Assembly: GCA_046116545.1 (NCBI GenBank)
Contig: CP175956.1
Location: forward strand, 77,219-141,218
DNA: 64,000 nt
Direction: 5' to 3'
Source of the DNA: Candidatus Moraniibacteriota bacterium
Lineage (GTDB): Bacteria > Patescibacteriota > Minisyncoccia > Moranbacterales > GCA-2747515
In this document: positions 28,484-36,328 of the stretch, piece after piece
Numbering within the stretch: the stretch's first letter is position 1
Layout of the letters: each line of letters begins with the position of its first letter
Position numbers and translations under genes: made by a program
The notes under the pieces: generated by a model
The model's input: the letters and a program-made list of their open reading frames with translations, nothing else
What the model was told of the DNA's origin: nothing
Database searches by the model: none

Positions 28484-29419
28484 TTAAAGCCAGCTTTTAC
28501 CCTTCTTAAAAAGAAAATATTTAACATATCTAAATGTAAATTTAATACTTTCAACTAAACCATCGTTTTTGTATGTCACTTTTAAAAATTTTAAAAATTC
28601 TTCTAAATTTTTTGGATTTTTATCAATAAGATCTTTATATCTACCATGTTTCTTCTTGAGAATTTCTTGATTTTTTTTCCCCATTTCTTTAATTTCTTCT
28701 TCGGAAAAATGCTTTTTAAATGTCGTTCTATGATTATGAAAAATAAATACATCTTTTGCAAGGTATATTTTGTATCCTTTATCCAATGTTCTTGAACAAT
28801 AATCGTCATCATCACTAAATCCTAATCCATAATCCTCCGAAAGTATGCCAACCGTATTTAACAATTCTTTTTTTATTAATGTACAAAAAAATGCCACATT
28901 TGGATAAACCTCTATTGATTCTCCATTATATTTGTCTTTTATAATTTCTGAATATTTTTCTGGATTATCATTATAATTTGGAAGATTATCAAATTCGTCT
29001 GGCCTTTTTTTACGAAGATTGTTTATATCCTGCCATCCATGACTAGGTGAAGCCAATGGTCCTACAATTCCAATTTTTCTATTTTTAGTAAAAATAGAAA
29101 TCATGCGATTAAGCCAACCCCCATAAACTTCTGTGTCATTATTAAGTAAAACAACATAATCAACATTATCTTCAATTGCTTTTTTCATCCCTTGATTCGT
29201 GCCCTTTACAAAGCCCAGATTTACATTATTTAAAATTGCAATATGCGGCACATTGTTCTCTTTAAGAAAATTTTCAACCATTTCCACTTCTTCTTTTTCT
29301 GAACCATTATCCACCCAAACAATTTTATAATTCTCAGTGTTCTTTAATACACTTTCAAAACAACGTACAGTATAATCTGCATTGTTCCATGTTGGTGTAA
29401 TTATATATGTTTGACTCAT
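28484..29419 (-). CDS. GT2-family glycosyltransferase, paralog group 1
   Basis: YIITPTWNNADYTVRCFESV...VWVDNGS. Same architecture as 22589..23539. Confidence 0.7.
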   Translation of the reverse strand: MSQTYIITPTWNNADYTVRCFESVLKNTENYKIVWVDNGSEKEEVEMVENFLKENNVPHIAILNNVNLGFVKGTNQGMKKAIEDNVDYVVLLNNDTEVYGGWLNRMISIFTKNRKIGIVGPLASPSHGWQDINNLRKKRPDEFDNLPNYNDNPEKYSEIIKDKYNGESIEVYPNVAFFCTLIKKELLNTVGILSEDYGLGFSDDDDYCSRTLDKGYKIYLAKDVFIFHNHRTTFKKHFSEEEIKEMGKKNQEILKKKHGRYKDLIDKNPKNLEEFLKFLKVTYKNDGLVESIKFTFRYVKYFLFKKGKSWL

Positions 29420-29438
29420 GATATAGATTATTAAATAA

Positions 29439-30188
29439 TTATTTTATGTGACTACTATCATAAAGTTTTTTATCCCATTGAAATTGACTTTCTAGAATAT
29501 CAAAATCAACATTATCATTAATGGTAACAAGTACACGTATTTCAAAAAATACATCAATTTCATCAGGAAATATTATCGACATATCTTTTGGAGGGTGCTT
29601 TTTTGAATCATAATCATGTTCATCTATGTTGGCCATCAATGGATGTATTTTTTCATTAGTTGAATCACAAACTGTCTTAAATCCATACAACGCATATCTA
29701 GAAATTTTATTTGTATACAACATTTTCATAAGTAATTGATGAAATTCTATCGCAAGCATATGATTTGGATGTCCTGTCCAAAAAGACCAATAAAACTTCA
29801 ATCCTTTTGAAAACAAAAAACCATCAGCATCAAAAAATGGTTGCTGAATATAGAAAAAATCACGTGAATTATCTGCTGTAACATCTAATATATTTGCAAC
29901 ATCATCCATATTTGATATATGTTCAAGAAAGTGAGACATAATAGTAAATCTAACTTTATTTTCCAATTGTAAATCAATAACATTCGCGTGAAAAGCATTA
30001 TACCCAGCTTTTTTCATTATAAGAATTTTTGATTGATCAATGTCAATACCAAGTCCATTACCCGAATCTATACAAAAATATTTTTGTGCAAAATCAATAC
30101 TGCCACCCTTACTTGCTCCCAAATCAAGAAACTCTATATTATTTTCTTCAATATATTGATCAATGTCTTTATTTAAATCCATGCCCAT
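29439..30188 (-). CDS. Putative SAM-dependent methyltransferase (FkbM-like)
   Basis: Glycine-rich motif FLDLGASKGGS near the N-terminus. The family call is weak. Confidence 0.4.
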   Translation of the reverse strand: MGMDLNKDIDQYIEENNIEFLDLGASKGGSIDFAQKYFCIDSGNGLGIDIDQSKILIMKKAGYNAFHANVIDLQLENKVRFTIMSHFLEHISNMDDVANILDVTADNSRDFFYIQQPFFDADGFLFSKGLKFYWSFWTGHPNHMLAIEFHQLLMKMLYTNKISRYALYGFKTVCDSTNEKIHPLMANIDEHDYDSKKHPPKDMSIIFPDEIDVFFEIRVLVTINDNVDFDILESQFQWDKKLYDSSHIK

Positions 30189-30193
30189 TTATA

Positions 30194-30973
30194 TTATTTT
30201 TTAAAAAAATTCTGAAGTTGTAAGTATCTTCCTCTGATTTTCCAAAATTTTGACTTTTCCATTGTTGTAATTTTTTGCTTTAACATATTAATCTCATGAT
30301 TTTCACGTTGTCCTTCATGATGTGCAACAAAAAAATTTTCATTATCTCGTGCATTGGCATTGATACGATAATAATCTAAATTATTTTTCCAAATTACATA
30401 ATCAAAACTTAATTGATCACGTCTGCTATGTTTTTCAATTTCTCTCCACCAATCTTCATTTATTTTTTTTGTATTTTCTGCTAAATTTCTTCGAAAAACT
30501 ATTGGTGTTTCTGCTAACCCGTTATTCGGTGGATAGCCCTCTTTAATATAAGAAATGATTTGTTTTAACATATCAGCAGGATCATCTTTTGCTCTATAAA
30601 AACATTCAAGCATCTCATCATAAATACAATTTCTTAGTGAGTGTTGGTGTATTGCAACATCATGTTTCTTTAAATACTTATCAATAAGATATTCGATATC
30701 TTCAGTTCGAATCACAACTGATCCATCAATCCACACCACATATTCATATTCTGGAAGGAATTTATGTGTCAATATTTTACGCATCCTAGCATCAAGTGTA
30801 GGATCTGAAAAATAACGATTTTCTAGTCTTACATCAAAAACATCTGAATGAACTGATGCATCATCTGTAAAACAAATAAAATCACAACCTTTTATTTTTT
30901 TAGATGGCTCTTTTATTTTGTCATATCCATCACCAAATACTGCTGTATATATTGCTATTTTATTTTTATTCAT
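30194..30973 (-). CDS. Putative glycosyltransferase of the DUF616-like type
   Basis: N-terminus IAIYTAVFGDGYD...CDFICFTDD resembles the DUF616/TOD1 motif. The C-terminal tail SKFWKIRGRY is shared with the next gene. Confidence 0.4.
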   Translation of the reverse strand: MNKNKIAIYTAVFGDGYDKIKEPSKKIKGCDFICFTDDASVHSDVFDVRLENRYFSDPTLDARMRKILTHKFLPEYEYVVWIDGSVVIRTEDIEYLIDKYLKKHDVAIHQHSLRNCIYDEMLECFYRAKDDPADMLKQIISYIKEGYPPNNGLAETPIVFRRNLAENTKKINEDWWREIEKHSRRDQLSFDYVIWKNNLDYYRINANARDNENFFVAHHEGQRENHEINMLKQKITTMEKSKFWKIRGRYLQLQNFFKK

Positions 30974-30976
30974 AGA

Positions 30977-31861
30977 CTATGCTTTAAACATCTTATTTTT
31001 ATACGCCACATAATGATTTCGTATCTTCCAAAACTTTGATTGTTTAATTATTTGTAATTGGTGATTTTTTTGTTTAATTTCTTGATTTTTTTGTTTAATT
31101 TCTTGATTTTTTTGTTTAATTTCTTGATTTGTTCGCTGTATTTGTGTATTTCTTTTTTTGTGGATCTTTTTTTCTATTTTCAGCATATTAAATGCAAAAC
31201 GATCAGCACGATTTGCATAATACCCTTTTATTTCATCTTGGTTATTAAAGAAAATATCTCGAGATCCATCTTTCATAAATAAAACTCCTAGACCATGCCA
31301 ATGATAAAATTCTATAGTATCATACCTTTCTTTTAATTCATTCCACAATTTATATACACCAAAATCATCTTTTTTTTCATGTATGTCATGAAATAATATA
31401 AGTCCATCTTCCCTAACTTTAGGTAACCATGACTCAAAGTCATGCTTCACTGCCTCATAAGTATGTAATCCATCAATATGTAATATATCTATACTACTAC
31501 TATCAAACTCTTTTAAAGCTTCATCAAAAAATTTACGATGCAACTTTACATCTATTTTGCTATAACTTGCTTTTACTTCTTTTTTAAACACATTAAATAC
31601 CTCATCTTTTTTTTCATATCCTGCTCTAGCATGTGCATCACCTTCCCAAGAATCTACTGCATGCATTTCTGTCCCAAAAGAGTCATCTTTAACTGCCTGA
31701 CACATTGCAAAAAAAGATGCTCCATAATGCGTTCCCAATTCAACAACTCTCTTAGGTTTTACATTTCTAATTAAATCATACGCAAAAAAAGTATGTCCCC
31801 ACCATGTACTTGGAGTTTTACTATCAAATTCAAACTTTGGTTTATAATATTTCCATTTCAT
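30977..31861 (-). CDS. Class I SAM-dependent methyltransferase (Methyltransf_24/CmcI-like) with a C-terminal coiled coil built from QEIKQKN heptad repeats
   Basis: Motifs VVELGTHYGASFFAMCQA, VDSWEGD and ILHIDGLHTYEAV...LILFHDI. The C-terminus has NQEIKQKNQEIKQKNQEIKQKN, then SKFWKIRNHY. Confidence 0.6.
   Translation of the reverse strand: MKWKYYKPKFEFDSKTPSTWWGHTFFAYDLIRNVKPKRVVELGTHYGASFFAMCQAVKDDSFGTEMHAVDSWEGDAHARAGYEKKDEVFNVFKKEVKASYSKIDVKLHRKFFDEALKEFDSSSIDILHIDGLHTYEAVKHDFESWLPKVREDGLILFHDIHEKKDDFGVYKLWNELKERYDTIEFYHWHGLGVLFMKDGSRDIFFNNQDEIKGYYANRADRFAFNMLKIEKKIHKKRNTQIQRTNQEIKQKNQEIKQKNQEIKQKNHQLQIIKQSKFWKIRNHYVAYKNKMFKA
31058..31141. repeat. 21-bp tandem repeat (ttgtttaatttcttgatt ttt), 3-4 copies. 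It encodes the QEIKQKN heptads on the minus strand.
   Basis: Exact direct repeats read from the sequence. The alternate-frame ORF 31058..31282 is an artefact. Confidence 0.85.
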
Positions 31862-31865
31862 AATG

Positions 31866-32744
31866 TTAGTTTACTATAATTATATCATATATTTCAGTAT
31901 GTCTAGGTAAAAAATTCAACTCTTTAATTAATTCATATTCTTTCAATAATTCATCTTTTCTATATAATAATACTCTACAATCTTCTTCAAGAACTCCAGG
32001 ATCAGCAGGATTATTAATTAAACCCGTACTATGAGATCTCTTCCTTCCGCTACTAGTTCCTAAAACTAAATAGTCTTTATTTAAACTCAACCCTCTAGTA
32101 TATCCAACTTTTAATTTTAGCACTTCTGTTTTATTAATTTTTACACTTCTAGACGATGACTCACAATAATACACATTTCTATTTTTAATAAAAACAGAAT
32201 GCGGATGATAAATTTTCTCTATTTTTTTTATTTTCTTGCTTATATTATAAATATACCCATCAGCTGCAGAACTCCATTTTTTTGACTTCTTCATCCCAAA
32301 AGCAGAAACATAAATATCATTATCATATAAAAATATTGAATTTATATGATGAGTATCAATTTCCCCCTTAGAGCCCTCTGGTGACCATTCCTTTCCAATT
32401 AAATCAACTTGCCTACCTTCCTTGTCAAAAGCATACTTAAAAACACTATCATTTCCAGTTGAGACAATATATATACTATCATCTTTTACAGCAATCGAAT
32501 GTGGTGCTAAAAGCTCTACTAACTTTTCATTAAAAATTATTTTTTTGGTTTTTTTGTCAATAATAAATAATCCTTCGTCAACATCTTTTGAAACTGCATA
32601 GAAAAAATCATTATCTTGAGTTATGCCAGTTATGCCTCCACTCTCACCAATAAGGTATTCTTCTTTGCCAGAATCTAAATCCACTAAAAGTAGATTTTTA
32701 CTAAAATTATTTGATTGTTTACAAAAGGATGTCAAAATCTTCAT
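31866..32744 (-). CDS. Hypothetical protein, possibly a beta-propeller-like fold
   Basis: 292 aa with repeated beta-rich segments. No family motif recognised. Confidence 0.35.
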   Translation of the reverse strand: MKILTSFCKQSNNFSKNLLLVDLDSGKEEYLIGESGGITGITQDNDFFYAVSKDVDEGLFIIDKKTKKIIFNEKLVELLAPHSIAVKDDSIYIVSTGNDSVFKYAFDKEGRQVDLIGKEWSPEGSKGEIDTHHINSIFLYDNDIYVSAFGMKKSKKWSSAADGYIYNISKKIKKIEKIYHPHSVFIKNRNVYYCESSSRSVKINKTEVLKLKVGYTRGLSLNKDYLVLGTSSGRKRSHSTGLINNPADPGVLEEDCRVLLYRKDELLKEYELIKELNFLPRHTEIYDIIIVN

Positions 32745-32764
32745 TTCAAAACTATGTTAAATTA

Positions 32765-33454
32765 TTACATCTTTATATTTTTTCTCTGTGCGCGTAATTC
32801 CAAAGCCTTCCTATAAATTTGCATATCTTTCGCATGAAATCTTTCCACATTCTTTCTAAACTCATCCGAAATATCCTCACTATTCTTTCTATTAACACGC
32901 TCATGATAAACTGACATTTCAACCTTTAAAAAAAATTTTGAAAAATATTTCACATCTTCTTCATAAAATTCAGTAATACCAATAAAATCAAAGTCTTCTA
33001 GCGGAAATTTCCATAAATATTTTGAATAAACATTTCTCAACTCATTGCTAAAGCAGAAATTCTCTAATGACCAATTTTCTTCAATTACTTTCTTGTGTAA
33101 ATTAAAGGATTCATTATAATTATAAGACTTCTGCCAATAATTATAATGTGAAATTAATCGATCTACTGGATTACGCATCCATGTTACAAATTTAACATCT
33201 TCTCCTTTTCTGAATTTAATGGGAAGATATTTAAATGGAAGAAAATGACCGTGAATACATTGAATATTCTGATATTTATTTGAAAAAATATAATTATTAA
33301 AATATGCAATATTTGTCATTCCATGTCTTATTAGTGAAGAGTGCTGCAATGGTGCATCTTTATGATCAATTAATAACTGATTACCAAAATAATCATGTAA
33401 AGATTTTCTAAAGCTACTTCCCGCAGTTTTTGGTAAGTGTAGTGATATTAACAT
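32765..33454 (-). CDS. PAPS-dependent sulfotransferase (Sulfotransfer_2 / HS2ST-like)
   Basis: N-terminal 5'-phosphosulfate-binding-like motif LHLPKTAGSSF (compare PKTASTSF in 2-O-sulfotransferases). An internal IHGHF is present. Immediately adjacent to cysQ and cysC. Confidence 0.6.
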   Translation of the reverse strand: MLISLHLPKTAGSSFRKSLHDYFGNQLLIDHKDAPLQHSSLIRHGMTNIAYFNNYIFSNKYQNIQCIHGHFLPFKYLPIKFRKGEDVKFVTWMRNPVDRLISHYNYWQKSYNYNESFNLHKKVIEENWSLENFCFSNELRNVYSKYLWKFPLEDFDFIGITEFYEEDVKYFSKFFLKVEMSVYHERVNRKNSEDISDEFRKNVERFHAKDMQIYRKALELRAQRKNIKM

Positions 33455-33482
33455 TATTTTTAAAAATTAAAAAATATAATTA

Positions 33483-34283
33483 TTATTTATTTATAAATAC
33501 TCTATTACTTACAATATACCCATTTAATAACATCGTTTCTTTGTTATTATATTTAATTGTACTATTCTGCATATCACAAACATATCCACCCGCTTCCTGT
33601 ATAATGATATCACTTGCGCAAATATCCCACAAGCCACTTTTATTACTTGAATTAATATACAATTCTGCATCACCTACTGCAACTTTACATATTTTAATAC
33701 CAGCTGAACCCATAGGAGCCTGTTTCATATTATTTTTCTCTGCAATTTCTTGTTCATAATCTCCCAAGTGATTTCGACTTACTAGAATTCTGCCATTTTT
33801 CATTGGTTTTTTGCTAGTTGAAATTCTTTTAGGAAGATTCCTGCCTTCGTAGGAATGACAATAGAAAAATGCGCCTTTATTTTTCTCGGCATAATATAAT
33901 TCATTTAATACTGGTGCATACACTATACCAAAAATTGACTCACCCTCCTTATTTACTAATCCAATCATTATTGAAAATTCTCCTGTTTTTTGTATGAAAT
34001 CAGATGTCCCATCTAGTGGATCAATAATCCACACAAAGTTTGCTTTTTTTCTATTTTCAAAATCATCCTCAATCTCTTCACTTAATATTGGATAATTATA
34101 TCTTGATAATTTATCCATCAAAAAATTATTCACTGCAATATCTGCCTCCGTTACAGGTGTTTTGTTTTGTTTTTGTTCTATGGTGTATTCTTTATCATAA
34201 AACTGCATGGCGATGTTACCTGCTTCAATTGCTATTTTTATTATTTCTTGGATATTTATATTGTAATTTTGCATGATTATCAT
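33483..34283 (-). CDS. cysQ: Inositol monophosphatase family protein, probably 3'(2'),5'-bisphosphate nucleotidase (CysQ-like PAP phosphatase)
   Basis: Motifs EEIEDDF...WIIDPLDGTSDF, IVYAPVLNELYYA and GSAGIKICKVAVGDAELY. Genomic context is cysC and a sulfotransferase. Confidence 0.7.
   Translation of the reverse strand: MIIMQNYNINIQEIIKIAIEAGNIAMQFYDKEYTIEQKQNKTPVTEADIAVNNFLMDKLSRYNYPILSEEIEDDFENRKKANFVWIIDPLDGTSDFIQKTGEFSIMIGLVNKEGESIFGIVYAPVLNELYYAEKNKGAFFYCHSYEGRNLPKRISTSKKPMKNGRILVSRNHLGDYEQEIAEKNNMKQAPMGSAGIKICKVAVGDAELYINSSNKSGLWDICASDIIIQEAGGYVCDMQNSTIKYNNKETMLLNGYIVSNRVFINK
33836..33860. repeat. Family-D hairpin (gattcctgccttcgtaggaatgaca) embedded in-frame in the cysQ-like CDS
   Basis: Differs by 1 nt from the copy at 45483..45508 downstream of another gene. 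Encodes HSYEGRN within the CDS. Confidence 0.6.
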
Positions 34284-34294
34284 TACTCAAACTA

Positions 34295-34320
34295 GATTCC
34301 CGCCTACGCGGGAATGACAC
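34295..34320. repeat. Family-D hairpin (gattcccgcctacgcgggaatgaca) in the 3' intergenic spacer
   Basis: Short palindrome ending in ggaatgaca. Terminator-like position downstream of cysC. Confidence 0.55.
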
Positions 34321-34328
34321 TAAAAAAA

Positions 34329-34853
34329 TTATAATTGTTTGTCTATGTAACTTACTATTTTTTGAACGCTTTCTTCTACTGTTTCCTTTTCCGTATTCAC
34401 TATTATTTCTGAATTAACTGGTTTTTCAAATGGGTCTTGTACTCCTGTGAAATCCATTATTTCTCCTTTTTCTGCTTTAGCATACATACCCTTCACATCC
34501 CTCCTTTTACATTCTTCTACACTACACTCTACATACACCTCTATAAAATTTTCACATAAACCTCTCGTAAAATTACGCATTTTTTGATATGGTGATACAA
34601 ATGCTGATACCACATTTACACCATTATCAGATAACATCTGTGCAATATATGATAATCGTTCTATATTTTTATTTCTATCCTCTTTGCTGAAATCTAAATC
34701 ATTACTAATTGTTTCACGTACAATATCACCATCTAATCTTTGAATTGATAAATACTTCTCTTGAAAATATTTTTCAATTTCTTTTGATAGTGTTGTTTTT
34801 CCGCTACAAGGTAATCCAGTAAACCAAATTACTAATCCTTTGTCTTTTTTCAT
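34329..34853 (-). CDS. cysC: Adenylylsulfate (APS) kinase
   Basis: GLVIWFTGLPCSGKTTLSKEI (P-loop), LDGDIVRETISNDLDFSKEDRNKNIERL, and VNVVSAFVSPY. Canonical APS kinase motifs. Confidence 0.9.
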   Translation of the reverse strand: MKKDKGLVIWFTGLPCSGKTTLSKEIEKYFQEKYLSIQRLDGDIVRETISNDLDFSKEDRNKNIERLSYIAQMLSDNGVNVVSAFVSPYQKMRNFTRGLCENFIEVYVECSVEECKRRDVKGMYAKAEKGEIMDFTGVQDPFEKPVNSEIIVNTEKETVEESVQKIVSYIDKQL

Positions 34854-34870
34854 ATTTATAAATATTTTCT

Positions 34871-34897
34871 AGATTCTCGCCTTCCACGAGAATTACA
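34871..34897. repeat. Family-D-like hairpin downstream of wzt
   Basis: agattctcgccttccacgagaattaca. Confidence 0.45.
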
Positions 34898-34902
34898 GCT
34901 GA

Positions 34903-36318
34903 TTATTTTTTGCTCCATTCGTGTTCAATGCGCATTATTCCTACTCCAGACCCTTTTTGTTTTTTAATTTTGATAATATGATTATTTAGTTCTTTTGTTG
35001 AATTAGAATCCACAATATCATTTTGTCCACTTTTATTTTCAAATAAAACAGCTTTTATATATATTTCCCCCGTGTTAAACATCGTGTTTTTAAAATAAAT
35101 TATAAATACATTTCTATCTTTTTGCCAACTGCAATTAAAATTATCTACATCTGTATTATTACCACACAAAAATACATTTGTTTCATTGTCAAAAATTTGC
35201 ACTGCTTGCACAAGATTATGCTTAATTTTTGAAACTTGCACTTCAATCTCTACAAAAAAATCATCACCCCATGTAATTTCAGTTAATTTATTTCTATCTA
35301 TATCAAAAACCTGTATATCTGTAATTATATTTTCATTTTTCACTTGTCTTTTCATACCACCTCTTAGTGATTTCTCATGTTCCTGCTCTTCTTTTTCAAT
35401 CCGTTCCTTTTTTTCTAATTCTTCACGTTGGTCTTCAGACATATTTTTAATAATATATTCATCACATACATCATTCACATCACCAGAACCAAGTAATTCA
35501 CCCTTATGTAATAATAAAGCTCTATCACAATATTCTCGCACTGTTGCCATACTGTGGGTTACTAATATTACAGTTTTTCCCCTCTCTTTATATCCTCTGA
35601 AAATATCAAGACACTTCTCTTGAAATCTACTATCCCCCACAGCCAATACCTCATCCATAATAAGTATTTCACGATCTGCATGAATTGACACACTGAAAGC
35701 GAGACGAGCCTTCATGCCACTTGAATAATTTTTTAATTGTTCGTCTATAAATTTTTCTAATTCTGCAAATGCGACTATTTCATCAAACTTTTCATCAATT
35801 TGTTTTTTTGTTAAACCTAGTACTGTCGCATTGAGATATATATTGTCTCGTCCTGATAATTCTGGATTAAAACCTATTCCTAGCTCAAGGAATGGTGATA
35901 TCATACCATTTACCTCAATTGATCCAGATGTTGGTTGATAAACACCTGCTAAAATCTTTAACAATGTAGACTTACCTGCCCCATTATGTCCTATAATTCC
36001 CAAAAATTCTCCTTTTTTTACTTCTACTGAAATATCTTTGAGAGCGTAGAATTCTTCATATGTATTTTTTTTCAAAGAATTCACAAAAGCACTTTTCATT
36101 GAATCAATTTTTTTGTGAGGAATTTTAAAGATTTTTGAGACGTTTTTTACTTTTACTGCTATTTCTTTATCTGGCTGAGATTGCTTCGTCGTACCTTCTC
36201 CACCCAGGTGGTCCCTCTCTTGAACAGAGTTCAATTCACCTTGACGCAAAGATGCATCTTTTTTTACTTTGATGCTTTTATCTTTTTTATTTGATTGTTG
36301 GTTATTTTTTTTATTCAT
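34903..36318 (-). CDS. wzt: ABC transporter ATP-binding protein of the Wzt/TagH/KpsT polysaccharide-export type, with a C-terminal substrate-binding (Wzt_C-like) domain. It carries an in-frame 84-nt family-A insertion near the N-terminus.
   Basis: Walker A GHNGAGKST, signature YSSGMKARLAF and Walker B ILIMDEVLAVGD. An extra ~180-aa beta-rich C-terminal domain is present. The N-terminal leader contains SLRQGELNSVQERDHLGGEGTTKQSQP, encoded by repeat A. Confidence 0.8.
   Translation of the reverse strand: MNKKNNQQSNKKDKSIKVKKDASLRQGELNSVQERDHLGGEGTTKQSQPDKEIAVKVKNVSKIFKIPHKKIDSMKSAFVNSLKKNTYEEFYALKDISVEVKKGEFLGIIGHNGAGKSTLLKILAGVYQPTSGSIEVNGMISPFLELGIGFNPELSGRDNIYLNATVLGLTKKQIDEKFDEIVAFAELEKFIDEQLKNYSSGMKARLAFSVSIHADREILIMDEVLAVGDSRFQEKCLDIFRGYKERGKTVILVTHSMATVREYCDRALLLHKGELLGSGDVNDVCDEYIIKNMSEDQREELEKKERIEKEEQEHEKSLRGGMKRQVKNENIITDIQVFDIDRNKLTEITWGDDFFVEIEVQVSKIKHNLVQAVQIFDNETNVFLCGNNTDVDNFNCSWQKDRNVFIIYFKNTMFNTGEIYIKAVLFENKSGQNDIVDSNSTKELNNHIIKIKKQKGSGVGIMRIEHEWSKK
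36177..36251. repeat. Palindromic element family A, long unit II, inserted in-frame in wzt
   Basis: gagattgcttcgtcgtaccttctccacccaggtggtccctctcttgaacagagttcaattcaccttgacgcaaagat. This is the reverse complement of the intergenic copy at 24850..24926. Confidence 0.85.
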
Positions 36319-36328
36319 TGCTTTATAA

